Of a DNA stretch of 64,000 nucleotides, positions 25,678-35,573 are shown one piece after another. The stretch is from contig OY968762.1 of NCBI GenBank assembly GCA_963695225.1, positions 2,112,001 through 2,176,000 on the forward strand, written 5' to 3'. This stretch comes from Vulcanimicrobiota bacterium (lineage in GTDB: Bacteria > Vulcanimicrobiota > Vulcanimicrobiia > Vulcanimicrobiales > Vulcanimicrobiaceae). Position numbers and translations under genes: made by a program. The notes under the pieces were generated by a model. It worked only from the letters and a program-made list of their open reading frames with translations, did not search any database and was not told where the DNA came from. How positions within the stretch are numbered: the stretch's first letter is position 1; each line of letters starts with the position of its first letter.

Positions 25678-26558
25678 CGCGCCGCGAGCATTCCGGCGAG
25701 CGTTGTCGCGAGGAAGCAGATCGAGAAGATCATGTTGGCGACGAAGATGCGATCGTTCAGCGCGAAGACGTCGTCCGCGTCGCGCAGCAGCCGCACTTCG
25801 TAGAGCGTCAGCGCGAGCGAGAGCGCGACGCCGGCGTAGCCGATCGGCCCCACCCCGCCGAGAACGACCGTCGCCGCCAGCAGCGCCGTCATGGCGAGAT
25901 GCATCGCGACCGGTAGGCGCCGTCCGCTCGCGGTGCCGAAGCGCGCCGGCAGCGAACGGATGTTCTGCGCGATATCGACGTCGCGGTCCATCAGCGCGTA
26001 GATGATGTCGAAGCCCGCGACCCAGAGCGTGACCGCGAGGAACAGCGCGAGGGCCGCCCACGAGATCGTCCCGGCGATCGCGACGTAGGCTCCCAGCGGC
26101 GCGAACCCGTCGACCGCGCCGAGGACGAAGTGCACGCCCCAGGTGAAGCGCTTGCAGTAGGGGTAGACCACGATGCCGAGCGCGGCCAGCGGCAACAGCA
26201 TCACGCAGAGCGGGTTCAGCTCGTAGGCGGCAAGCAGCAGCAGAGCTATGCCGAGCCCGGCGGCCCAGAGCATCGTCGCGGGCGCGAGCGCCCCGCTTGC
26301 GACCGCACGGCGCGCGGTCCGCGGATTCTTCGCGTCGATCTCCCGGTCGGCATAACGGTTCACCGCCATCGCGGCCGTGCGCGCGCCGAGAACGGCGAGC
26401 GTGATCCACGCGAACTGCCACGCCGTCGGGAGGCCGCGCGCGGCGAGGACGGCGCCCGTGTACGCGAACGGCAGCGCGAAGAGCGTATGCTCGATGCGGA
26501 TCTCTTTGAGGAAGAGGCGCACGACGGCCCCGAAGTCGGTCGATCGCTCTGCTATCAC
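25674..26558 (-). CDS. ubiA: UbiA-like polyprenyltransferase (MqnP-type)
   Basis: IRIEHTLFALPF, ARTAAMAVNRYADREIDAKNPRT, YPYCKRFT, WVAGFDIIYALMD; GTGA overlap. Confidence 0.9.
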   Translation of the reverse strand: MIAERSTDFGAVVRLFLKEIRIEHTLFALPFAYTGAVLAARGLPTAWQFAWITLAVLGARTAAMAVNRYADREIDAKNPRTARRAVASGALAPATMLWAAGLGIALLLLAAYELNPLCVMLLPLAALGIVVYPYCKRFTWGVHFVLGAVDGFAPLGAYVAIAGTISWAALALFLAVTLWVAGFDIIYALMDRDVDIAQNIRSLPARFGTASGRRLPVAMHLAMTALLAATVVLGGVGPIGYAGVALSLALTLYEVRLLRDADDVFALNDRIFVANMIFSICFLATTLAGMLAAR

Positions 26559-28153
26559 GGCTGGAGCGCTTCCGTTTCGCCCCCTGGCAGGGGGACCCCG
26601 TTCGCCCGCAGCGGGCCCGGGTCGAGCGCTTCGCGCGGAACGCCGGCCTCCGCGAGGAGCCGGCGCAGCGCGGCCGCGCCCTGCCCGGAGGCTGCATCCT
26701 CGTGCGGCACGAGCTTGCCGAGGCCGTATTCGGCCCAGCGTCGCGTCACGAGCGCGCGCGTCTCGGCATCCATGGTGACGTCGGGCGGCCAAGCGCGCTC
26801 GTAGCCTTCGTCGGCGCGCTTGCGCGTGGCGTCGATCCCGAGCTTGTGGCCGAGCGAAGTCAGGTAGGAGCCGCTGTGGTCGAGATCGTCGACGGGGCCC
26901 GGCATCACGACGAGGTCCCGCGACGGATCGACGTTGTTGAGTACGTACCACGCGACCGCGCGCGGATCGTGGACGTCGACGTCATGGTCGACCACGATGA
27001 GGCACCGCGTCAGCATCATCATGTGGCCGAGGCCCCAGAGCGCGTTCATCACCTTCTTCGCCTGGCCGGGATACGATTTCTTGACCGAGACGATGCAGAG
27101 GTTGTGGAAGCCGCCTTCGACGGGCAGGTTGTAATCGACGATCTCGGGGACGACCATCTGCAGCAGCGGGAGGAAGAAGCGCTCCGTCGCTTTTCCGAGC
27201 CAGGCGTCTTCCATCGGCGGTTTGCCGACGACGGTCGCGGCGTAGATCGGATTGCGGCGCCGCGTGACGCACTGCACGTGGAACGTGGGGAAGTAGTCGG
27301 CGAGGCTGTAGACGCCGGTGTGGTCGCCGAACGGCCCCTCGACCCGCAGGTCTTCGTTATCGACGTAGCCCTCGAGCACGAACTCCGCCTCGGCCGGAAC
27401 CTTCAGATCGATCGTCTTGCAGCGCACGAGGTTCACGGATCGGCCGCGCAGGAAGCCCGCGAGCGAGATCTCGTCGACGATCGGCGGGAGCGGCGCCGTC
27501 GCGGCGTACGTGACGGCCGGGTCGGCGCCGATCACGACGGCGACGGGGACCTTGCGCCCCCACTTCGTCGCCTGCGCGCGGCCCTGCTTGTGACGCTGCC
27601 AGTGCATGCCGGTCGTGCGCTCGTCGTAGACCTGCACGCGGTACATGCCGACGTTTTGCGTGCCCGTGACGGGGTCTTTCGTGAAAACGAGCGGGAGAGT
27701 GACGAACGGGCCGCCGTCCATCGGCCAGGTCGTCAGGACCGGCAGCTCGCGCAGGTTCGGCTCGTGCTCGATCACTTCTTGAACGGGGGCGTTGCGCACG
27801 GTATGCGGGATCGCGTTCGCGAGCGCGCCGAGGGAGAGCAGCTTGCCGAGCTTCCCCGTGGCCGTCGGCGGCACGCGCAGGTCGATCGCGGCGCGGATGC
27901 GATCGGCGACCTCCTCGATCGTCTTCGCGCCGAAGGCCAGCGCCATGCGGCGCTCGCTGCCGAACTGGTTCGTGAGCACGGGGTAGCGCGAGCCGGTCAC
28001 GTTCGTGAACAGCAGGGCCGGGCCGCCCGCCTTCACGACGCGGTCGGAGATTTCGGAGATCTCGAGGTACGGGCTGACCGGCACCTTGATCTCTTTGAGC
28101 TCGCCCGCCTTGCGGAGCGCGCGCACGAATTGCCCGAGCGAATCAAATGCCAT
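26555..28153 (-). CDS. ubiD: UbiD family decarboxylase (menaquinone MqnL-type)
   Basis: QNVGMYRVQ, EGPFGDHTG, GKPPMEDAWLGKATER, KKSYPGQAKKVM. Confidence 0.92.
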   Translation of the reverse strand: MAFDSLGQFVRALRKAGELKEIKVPVSPYLEISEISDRVVKAGGPALLFTNVTGSRYPVLTNQFGSERRMALAFGAKTIEEVADRIRAAIDLRVPPTATGKLGKLLSLGALANAIPHTVRNAPVQEVIEHEPNLRELPVLTTWPMDGGPFVTLPLVFTKDPVTGTQNVGMYRVQVYDERTTGMHWQRHKQGRAQATKWGRKVPVAVVIGADPAVTYAATAPLPPIVDEISLAGFLRGRSVNLVRCKTIDLKVPAEAEFVLEGYVDNEDLRVEGPFGDHTGVYSLADYFPTFHVQCVTRRRNPIYAATVVGKPPMEDAWLGKATERFFLPLLQMVVPEIVDYNLPVEGGFHNLCIVSVKKSYPGQAKKVMNALWGLGHMMMLTRCLIVVDHDVDVHDPRAVAWYVLNNVDPSRDLVVMPGPVDDLDHSGSYLTSLGHKLGIDATRKRADEGYERAWPPDVTMDAETRALVTRRWAEYGLGKLVPHEDAASGQGAAALRRLLAEAGVPREALDPGPLRANGVPLPGGETEALQP

Positions 28154-28230
28154 CGCATCCGAACGTTGGACGGCGGGGACGTTTCCCCCGGCTCCGGGAG
28201 CTTCCCGGAGCCGGGAGGGAGCCTCCCGGC

Positions 28231-30111
28231 CTAGGCGCTGAGCGGGAGCGGTTCGAGCCGCGAGCGGAGCGCCGGAAACTCTTCCGCCGTCAGCGTTTCC
28301 GTTGCGAGCAGGAGGCGCGTCCCTTCGTCGAGGTCGTGGCGGCGCGTCCGCAGGATTTGGAGCGCTCGCGAGCACGCGCGATCGACGATCGCGCGCACCG
28401 CGACGTCGATCTCGCGTGCGGTTGCTTCGGCGATCCCGCTCCGCTCGGCGGGCCGCGGCCCGATGAAGCTCTGCTGAGCCGGCGCATAGGTGCGCTGACC
28501 GAGCTCGGGACTCATGCCGTATCGGGTGACCATTTCGAGCGCGATCTCGGTCGCTTTCTGAAGATCGTCCGACGCGCCGGTCGAAACTTCGCCGTTATAG
28601 ACCAGCGTCTCCGAGGCGCGCCCGCCCATCAAGACGGCGACGCGGTCCTCGAGATCGCCCGCGGCCAAGAGGAAGCGGTCTTCGGTCGGGCTCTGGATCG
28701 TGTACCCGAGCGCGCCGACGCCGCGCGGCACGATCGAGACCTTGAGGACGGGGTCGACGCCCGGCAAGCTGGCGGCGACGAGTGCGTGCCCCATTTCGTG
28801 GTAAGCGACGCGGCGGCGCTCGGCATCGTTGAGCAGGCGGCTCTTTTTCTCGAGCCCTGCGACGATGCGCTCGATCGCCGCCGTGAAATCCTGCCGCGTC
28901 ACGGCGTCGGCCTTCCGCCGGGTCGCCAGGAGCGCGGCCTCGTTCACGAGATTCGCGAGATCGGCGCCCGTGAAGCCGGTCGTGATCCCGGCGATCGCGC
29001 TCAAGTCGATGCTTTGCTCGGTGACGATTTTAGCGGCGTGCACTTTGAGAATCTCGGCGCGCCCCTTGCGGTCCGGGCGGTCGACGAGGACCTGGCGATC
29101 GAAGCGTCCGGCGCGCAGGAGCGCCGGATCGAGCACCTCCGGCCGGTTCGTCGAGGCCAGCAACATCACCGCGACGCTCGGATCGAAACCGTCGAGTTCC
29201 GTGAGAAGCTGATTGAGCGTCTGGTCTTTTTCGTCGAAGCCGCCCCCGAAGGCACCCTGGGCCCGGCTGCGGCCCAGCGCATCCATCTCGTCGATGAAGA
29301 CGATGCAGGGCGCCGCTTTGCGAGCCTGCTCGAAGAGGTCGCGCACGCGAGCGGCGCCGACGCCGACGAACATTTCCACGAACTCGGAGCCGGAGATCGA
29401 GAAGAACGGAACCTGCGCCTCGCCGGCGACGGCGCGCGCGAGGAGCGTCTTCCCGGTGCCGGGCGGTCCCACGAGCAAAATGCCCTTCGGAACGCGTGCT
29501 CCGAGGCGGCCGTAGCTCTTCGCGTCGCGCAGGAACGCGACGACCTCTTCGAGTTCGGCCTTCGCTTCGTCGACGCCGGCGACGTCCTTGAACGTCGTTT
29601 TCGTGTCCGTCTCGACGAACATCTTCGCGCGCGACTTGCCGATCGCCATCGCGCCGTTGATGCGCTGCTCTTGCCGTTCGGCGGCCCGCTTGATTCCGAA
29701 GTTCCAGATCAAGTAGAAGGCGCCCAGCGGCACGATCCACGACAGGATGAATCCGACGAAACCGTTCGAGGTCTCGCCGCCGTATGCGACGCCTTGCTTC
29801 GCCAGTTTATCCGCGAGCTGCGGATCGACTCTCGTCGTCACGAAGCGGCGTCGCCCGTTCGGCAGCGGCGTTTTCAGCGTGCCCTCGATGCTGTTCGGCC
29901 CCACGGAGACCGCGGCGACGTCTCCGCCGGCCAGGAGGCGTTCGAACTGGCTGTACGGGATCGACGTGCTCTGATTGAATTGCGTCCAAAATGTCTGGAA
30001 TGCGACAAATAGCACAAGCGCGATTCCGACGTACGCGATCGTGATGCGGCGCCTGTTCGGGTCGGGGTTCTTCGTTGCGTCGGTGTCCGGCTTCGGGGCG
30101 TTCTTTTCCAT
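28231..30111 (-). CDS. ftsH: ATP-dependent zinc metalloprotease FtsH
   Basis: Two TM segments, [34 protein letters not shown]. Confidence 0.95.
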   Translation of the reverse strand: MEKNAPKPDTDATKNPDPNRRRITIAYVGIALVLFVAFQTFWTQFNQSTSIPYSQFERLLAGGDVAAVSVGPNSIEGTLKTPLPNGRRRFVTTRVDPQLADKLAKQGVAYGGETSNGFVGFILSWIVPLGAFYLIWNFGIKRAAERQEQRINGAMAIGKSRAKMFVETDTKTTFKDVAGVDEAKAELEEVVAFLRDAKSYGRLGARVPKGILLVGPPGTGKTLLARAVAGEAQVPFFSISGSEFVEMFVGVGAARVRDLFEQARKAAPCIVFIDEMDALGRSRAQGAFGGGFDEKDQTLNQLLTELDGFDPSVAVMLLASTNRPEVLDPALLRAGRFDRQVLVDRPDRKGRAEILKVHAAKIVTEQSIDLSAIAGITTGFTGADLANLVNEAALLATRRKADAVTRQDFTAAIERIVAGLEKKSRLLNDAERRRVAYHEMGHALVAASLPGVDPVLKVSIVPRGVGALGYTIQSPTEDRFLLAAGDLEDRVAVLMGGRASETLVYNGEVSTGASDDLQKATEIALEMVTRYGMSPELGQRTYAPAQQSFIGPRPAERSGIAEATAREIDVAVRAIVDRACSRALQILRTRRHDLDEGTRLLLATETLTAEEFPALRSRLEPLPLSA

Positions 30112-30155
30112 AGCGACTATCTGACGCCGCCGGCGAAAAAATTCGTCCCGCCGCT

Positions 30156-30455
30156 TCACGCCGGTCCGCCGCCCGCCGCCTCCCGCAGGCGCGCGAGCGC
30201 CTCTGCGTATGAGAGGCCGGAGATCTTCCATGCCTTCTCCCTCGCGCGCGCGCCGCGGGCGAGTTCGATGCGGCTGGGCGCTATGCCGAGCGCCTGGGCG
30301 AGCGCCGCCCGGACGGCGTCGTTCGCGCTGCCTTCGACCGGACGCTCGCGGACGCGCACTTCGACTGTATCACCGTCGAGTACGATCCCGGGGCGCTTGT
30401 GGTTCGGCTTCACTCGAACGGCGAGCAGAGCGCTCGGGGGCGGCGGCGCTTTCAC
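30156..30455 (-). CDS. DUF167 (YggU) family protein
   Basis: VRVKP, PVEGSANDAV..LA..LG, I..GARAREK. Confidence 0.85.
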   Translation of the reverse strand: MKAPPPPSALLAVRVKPNHKRPGIVLDGDTVEVRVRERPVEGSANDAVRAALAQALGIAPSRIELARGARAREKAWKISGLSYAEALARLREAAGGGPA

Positions 30456-30493
30456 GCCGAGGACTTTCGCTCGCCGAAGGCGATCCCATCCGC

Positions 30494-30787
30494 ATGGAGT
30501 TCTTGGCTATCACGCGACGTCGCGTCGAGACGTTTTCGCCCGCTCAATTCGACGAAGTGCTCGAAACGGAGGCCGAACGCGCGCGCACGCTCTTCGCAAA
30601 TGGAACGTTCCGTCACATCTGGAGCCGCGGAGATCTTGCAGGTGCGATGATTCTCATCGAAGCCCCATCGCTCGCCGAGGCGCAGGCGGCGATCGATTCG
30701 CTACCGCTCAAAGAACTCGAGATGATGGAGGTGACGATCGTCCCGCTCTTGCCGTATCGCGGTTTCGGGCCGCGCGCGAAGAGCTGA
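30494..30787 (+). CDS. Muconolactone delta-isomerase-like protein
   Basis: MEFL, EAERARTL...G.FRHIW, SLPL, PYRGF. Confidence 0.7.
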   Translation: MEFLAITRRRVETFSPAQFDEVLETEAERARTLFANGTFRHIWSRGDLAGAMILIEAPSLAEAQAAIDSLPLKELEMMEVTIVPLLPYRGFGPRAKS

Positions 30788-30810
30788 GCAGCTCGCGTGC
30801 GGCGGCGTGC

Positions 30811-31068
30811 TCAATCGTCGTCGAGGCGCGAGTGGTTCTTCCAGAGCGGCATCGAGCGCATGTACTCGCGCGTCGTCGCCTCCGCATGTTCGCGCGGAAG
30901 ACCGTCTTGACGCATCGTCCACTCGACCATTCGCTCGAAGCGCTCGTCGAACTGCTGTAGCGTACCGTCGGCCCGGCTGCAGTATCTGCAATGCAGGCTG
31001 CTCGGGTTTCCCGGCGCGTGATCGTCGGGCTCGTGCATGGGCATTCCGCAGCTCTGGCAATTCATCAT
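30811..31068 (-). CDS. Zinc-ribbon domain protein
   Basis: CQSCGMPM...HCRYC...MPLWK. Confidence 0.8.
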   Translation of the reverse strand: MMNCQSCGMPMHEPDDHAPGNPSSLHCRYCSRADGTLQQFDERFERMVEWTMRQDGLPREHAEATTREYMRSMPLWKNHSRLDDD

Positions 31069-31152
31069 GAGCGACGCCTTCTCCGACACGGACCCCACGT
31101 GGTATTCCGGGCCGAGCCGCCGCTTCTTTTTCGGGGATGTGGGCCTTTCGTG

Positions 31153-32019
31153 CTACGCGTAGACCGCGCGGCGCGCGGCGAGATAGGCGGCGACGCCTTC
31201 GCGCCAATCGGGCAAATCGGGAATGCCCAAGCGTTCGATGCCGCGGTGTGCGAGCGCGGAGTAATGCGGTCGCCGAGGCAGTTGTGTAGAGTCGGCTTGC
31301 ACTCGCTCGATCGAGGCGGAGATGCCTGCTTGCCGGATCGCCTCTTCGGCAAGGTCGTACCACGAGCACGCGCCGGTGTTGGAGACGTGATACGTGCCGA
31401 ATGCGCCGTGTTCGATGATGCGCCAAATTGCCGTGACGACGTGCTCCACGTACGAAGGCGAGAAGACGATGTCGTCGACCACCTGCAACGGCGTGCCCGC
31501 GCCCGCGGCGCGCAGCATTCGCTCGACGAACGTGACGCCTTTGCTGCGCGAGGGATGGATGCTGTAGAGACCGCTCGTGCGGAAGATGTAGTGTTCGCGC
31601 GCGTGCCGCGCGAGCAGATGTTCGCCTGCGAGCTTCGAAGCGCCGTACACGTTGACGGGCGTAGCGCGGTCGTCTTCGGAGTACGGCGTCTCCGACTCGC
31701 CGTCGAAGACGTAATCCGTGCTGATGTGCGCGAAGACGACGCCGTGCGCGGCGCAGCCCGCCGCGATCTCGTCGACGGCGTGCGCGTTGAGCTCGAACGC
31801 AAGCTTCGGGTTCGCCTCGCACAACGCGACGTCGTGATAGGCCGCGCAGTTGATGAGCAGCGACGGCCGGTAACGCTCGAGCGCTTCGACGATCGTCGGA
31901 GGGTCCAAGAGATCGATCTCGGGGCGCTGCAGCGCTATCGGGTCGGTCTCGGCGAAGGCGGAGAGGAGTGAGAGGCCGAGTTGGCCCGACGCTCCGACGA
32001 TGGCAATACGTTCGCTCAC
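31153..32019 (-). CDS. rfbD: dTDP-4-dehydrorhamnose reductase
   Basis: GASGQLG, NCAAY, HISTDYVFDG, YGASKLAGE, RPHYSAL. Confidence 0.9.
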   Translation of the reverse strand: MSERIAIVGASGQLGLSLLSAFAETDPIALQRPEIDLLDPPTIVEALERYRPSLLINCAAYHDVALCEANPKLAFELNAHAVDEIAAGCAAHGVVFAHISTDYVFDGESETPYSEDDRATPVNVYGASKLAGEHLLARHAREHYIFRTSGLYSIHPSRSKGVTFVERMLRAAGAGTPLQVVDDIVFSPSYVEHVVTAIWRIIEHGAFGTYHVSNTGACSWYDLAEEAIRQAGISASIERVQADSTQLPRRPHYSALAHRGIERLGIPDLPDWREGVAAYLAARRAVYA

Positions 32020-32028
32020 GATGAAACT

Positions 32029-33072
32029 CTAGTAGATTCCGGGAAACGAAGCCTGCTCGCGATGGACGGTCTCGAGCAGGGTCATCCACTGAATGTTGTA
32101 GTGACGTGGATGCGCCAACGCTTCGAGATCGTCGATCGGAAGGCGCCGCAGCATATCTTCGACGCTTTCGAGCACGGTGCGCGAGGGCGTGAACCCGAGG
32201 GCGCGGCTGAGTTTCGCGTTGGACATCCGGTAGTTCCGCACGAGCGAAGGGAGCGGCGCTTCGAGAAGGCTCACGGCGATAGGCTTCGGGAGAAGCGCCA
32301 AGGACCCCGCGACCAGCATCGCGAGTTGGCGGATCTGGTAGTTCTCCTCGAGGACGTTGAAGATCTGGCTGCGGACGGCTTCGAGCGGGGCCTGGAGGAT
32401 CATGATGTGGGCCCGGGCGATGTCCTCGACGTCGACGAGGGGGCGCCACATCCAGCCGCCGCCGTGCAGCAGGAGCCTCTTCTTCACGACGGCGTCCTTG
32501 ATGAACGTGTTCACCACCAGGTCGAAGCGCATGCGCGGGCTGTAGCCGTAGACAGTGCCCTGGCGCAGGATCGTCGGCGCGAAGCGGTCGTCCGCGGCCG
32601 CCAGCAGGACGCCTTCGGCGTAGCGCTTGGATATGGAGTAGGCGCCGCGCGGCTGGACGACCGTCTCCTCGTCGCACATGACCGGGGAGCGGTCCAACTC
32701 GCTCGAGGACTGCTCCGTATCGTAGATCGAGGCGCTGGAGGCGAAGGTGAGGCGCTGAATGCCGCACCGCTTGCAGGCCGCGGCGATCGTCTCGGCGGCG
32801 ACGGCGTTCATCTGCCAATTCGCCTCGGTGTTGTACTCCGCCGTCGGGTCGTTGGAGAGCCCGGCGAGGTGGGCGACGGCGTCGACGCCCTCCAGCCACT
32901 CGTCCCGCCAGTCCCGCACGTCGCCGGCGATCGCCGTCAGCTCCAGCCCCTCGATCGGGCCCGTGCCCCAGAAGAAGCGGTCGAGCACGACAGGCTGGTG
33001 GCCGGCCTCGATGAGGCGACGGCAGAGGACGGCGCCGAGATACCCGGCCCCTCCGGTGACGAGGATGCGCAT
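32029..33072 (-). CDS. NAD-dependent epimerase/dehydratase
   Basis: TGGAGYLG, HLAGLSNDP, YSISK, YGYSPRMRFDLVVN. Confidence 0.9.
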   Translation of the reverse strand: MRILVTGGAGYLGAVLCRRLIEAGHQPVVLDRFFWGTGPIEGLELTAIAGDVRDWRDEWLEGVDAVAHLAGLSNDPTAEYNTEANWQMNAVAAETIAAACKRCGIQRLTFASSASIYDTEQSSSELDRSPVMCDEETVVQPRGAYSISKRYAEGVLLAAADDRFAPTILRQGTVYGYSPRMRFDLVVNTFIKDAVVKKRLLLHGGGWMWRPLVDVEDIARAHIMILQAPLEAVRSQIFNVLEENYQIRQLAMLVAGSLALLPKPIAVSLLEAPLPSLVRNYRMSNAKLSRALGFTPSRTVLESVEDMLRRLPIDDLEALAHPRHYNIQWMTLLETVHREQASFPGIY

Positions 33073-33366
33073 GACCCCAATCAGCTACTCGAAGGGGGTG
33101 GGGAATCCCGCTCTGCGCTCGGCGGAGCCATTGCGGCAGACATTGGGCAGCTCCCGGCCGACGCAAGTAAAGCGGTGTGGAATTGGGGAATGAGCCGTCA
33201 AATGACAACGCTCTTGCGGCGGCAGCCTCATGATCGCCGATAGGTTGCTTTCGGCAGGCGAGGGCCGGCGCGAGCGCGCTCGGCGACGGCGGTAATCGCC
33301 CTGTTTGAACGAGCGCCGCTGCGCCGGAACTCGAGCCGCACCGGCCGACGCACGATTCAAGCGCTC

Positions 33367-35547
33367 TTGGTGCTCGTAGGGGTCCTGCTTTGCAGTGAGG
33401 CTGCGAGCGCGGATGAAACCATAGAACCGTATCGCGACTCCACGCTGACGGCGGAGCAGCGAGCCGACGACCTCTTGCCGCGGCTCACCGTCGACGAAAA
33501 GATCGCGCTCATGCAAAGCGATTCCGCGGCGATCCCTCGGCTCCGCATTCCGGCATACAACTGGTGGAACGAAGCGCTTCACGGCGTAGCACGCGCCGGA
33601 ACGGCAACGGTGTTTCCGCAAGCGATCGGTCTCGCGGCCACGTTCGATCGAGATCTCGTAGGTCAAATAGGGCATGCCGTCGCCGAGGAGGGACGCGTCA
33701 AGTACGAGGGCGCGCGGCCCGGCACGCAATACGCCGGACTCACGTACTTCACGCCCGTCGTGAACATCGCGCGCGACCCGCGATGGGGCCGAACGCAGGA
33801 GACATTTGGAGAAGATCCCCTTCTGACGTCCGAACTCGCGGGCGAATTCGTGCGCGGTCTCCAAGGGCCCGACCCGGACCATCCCGAGGCGCTCGCAACA
33901 CTGAAGCACTTCGCCGTACATAGCGGACCCGAACGTGGGCGCCTGACGTTTGACGCTGCCGTCTCCGCCTTCGACCTGGGCGACACGTACGTGGCGCAGT
34001 TCGAGCGTGTCGTCCGGACGACGGCGGTTGGATCCGTGATGACGTCGTACAACGAGATCAATGGTGTGCCTGCATCGCTGGACGCCGCGCTCCTCGACGG
34101 GAGTCTCCGCCAAGATTGGGGCTTCGGCGGTTACGTCGTCAGCGATTGCGACGCGGTAAAGACTGCCGCGTTACAGAGTTCCAAGAAAATGTCCGAAGTG
34201 CAGGTCGTTGCAAGCGCGGTTCTGGCGGGCGTCGACCTGAACTGCGGAAGCGAATACCATCTGCTCGCCCGAGCCGTTGCGTCGAGACTGCTCGATGTCG
34301 CCGACATCGATCGTTCTGTACGCAGGCTGTTGGTCGCGCGCTTTCGTCTAGGCACGATCGGCGAGGACGCGGGGCCTTATGCGCGGATCTCGCCCGCTGT
34401 GCTCGATTCGCCGGCGCATCGTGACCTAGCCAGGCGCGCCGCGCTCGAATCGATCGTTCTCTTGAGGAACCGGCGCGGAATATTGCCCCTCGATCCGAGT
34501 CGCGTGAAGCGACTTGCGATCGTCGGGTCGCTTGCTCGCGATCGGGACGCGCTGATCGGCGATTACGCGGGCAAGCCGTCGACGTTGCTGACGATCGAGA
34601 AGGCTTTGAAAGCGCGAGCGGGACCATCGGGCGTGCAGGTGCGCTACTACGCACCCGATCATGGGGCGTATAGCCCGGCCGCGACGGAGCAGATCGCAAA
34701 GCGGAACGATGCCGTCGTTGCCGTGCTCGGCCTGTCCTCGCTGCAAGAAGGCGAGGAAGGCAATGGCGGAGACCGGGATGCGATCGAACTTCCGAACGAG
34801 CAGGCGCGACTCTTGGCGGCGTTGTCTCGTTCCAAGCGCCCGGTCATCGTCGTCCTGACCGGTGGCAGCGCGTTTGCTCTCAAGAACGATGCCGGCGCAG
34901 CGGATGCCATACTCGACGCATGGTATGCCGGTGAAGAAGGCGGCCCGGCTGTTGCGGCCGTGCTGTTCGGCGACGCAAATCCTGCGGGCCGTCTTCCGCT
35001 GACGTTTTACGCGCGGACGGCCGACTTGCCCCAATTCAAGAACTACACGATGAGCGGTCGGACGTATCGATACTTTCGCGGCGAACCGCCCTTCCGTTTT
35101 GGCGACGGATTGAGTTACACGCGGTTTGCTTATCGTGATGCGGTCGTGCAAATCGACGACGAGGTTGGCCCCGTCGCTTCCGTGACGGTCGAAAATCTGG
35201 GGCCGCGGGATGGAGACGAAGTCGTTCAGATCTATGTCAATCCGCCGGCCGAGCGGAGCGCGCGGATCGAGAACCGTCAGCTTGCGGCTTTTGCGCGCTT
35301 GTCCATTCCACGGGGCGCGGAGCGCCGCCTGACGATCCCGCTCGGCTGGTGGGCTGTGAGTACGGTCGACGCCGCCGGTAAGCGCGCTGTTCGCGCCGGT
35401 ACGTTCCACTTTTCAATCGGGGGCGGACAACCTGGTCCGGGTACGCCGACGGCGGCGGCTGATCTCGATCTTCCTGCGCCGTACGACGGCCGGGAACTTC
35501 GCGATGCGGACTACGCGCTTTGCCAAGCCGCCGTGACGGAACCGTAG
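33367..35547 (+). CDS. GH3 glycoside hydrolase (beta-xylosidase/glucosidase), secreted
   Basis: WWNEALHGVA, RDPRWGRTQETFGEDP, KHF, VSDC, AWYAGEEGG, Fn3-like GDEVVQIY. Confidence 0.92.
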   Translation: MVLVGVLLCSEAASADETIEPYRDSTLTAEQRADDLLPRLTVDEKIALMQSDSAAIPRLRIPAYNWWNEALHGVARAGTATVFPQAIGLAATFDRDLVGQIGHAVAEEGRVKYEGARPGTQYAGLTYFTPVVNIARDPRWGRTQETFGEDPLLTSELAGEFVRGLQGPDPDHPEALATLKHFAVHSGPERGRLTFDAAVSAFDLGDTYVAQFERVVRTTAVGSVMTSYNEINGVPASLDAALLDGSLRQDWGFGGYVVSDCDAVKTAALQSSKKMSEVQVVASAVLAGVDLNCGSEYHLLARAVASRLLDVADIDRSVRRLLVARFRLGTIGEDAGPYARISPAVLDSPAHRDLARRAALESIVLLRNRRGILPLDPSRVKRLAIVGSLARDRDALIGDYAGKPSTLLTIEKALKARAGPSGVQVRYYAPDHGAYSPAATEQIAKRNDAVVAVLGLSSLQEGEEGNGGDRDAIELPNEQARLLAALSRSKRPVIVVLTGGSAFALKNDAGAADAILDAWYAGEEGGPAVAAVLFGDANPAGRLPLTFYARTADLPQFKNYTMSGRTYRYFRGEPPFRFGDGLSYTRFAYRDAVVQIDDEVGPVASVTVENLGPRDGDEVVQIYVNPPAERSARIENRQLAAFARLSIPRGAERRLTIPLGWWAVSTVDAAGKRAVRAGTFHFSIGGGQPGPGTPTAAADLDLPAPYDGRELRDADYALCQAAVTEP

Positions 35548-35573
35548 GCACACGAACTTGCCGAGGTGTGGGG

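Noticed and set aside
28165..28232. GC-rich hairpins between ftsH and ubiD as a riboswitch or repeat copy
   Set aside because: No T-tail, no recognisable riboswitch motif and no clear match to the repeat family.
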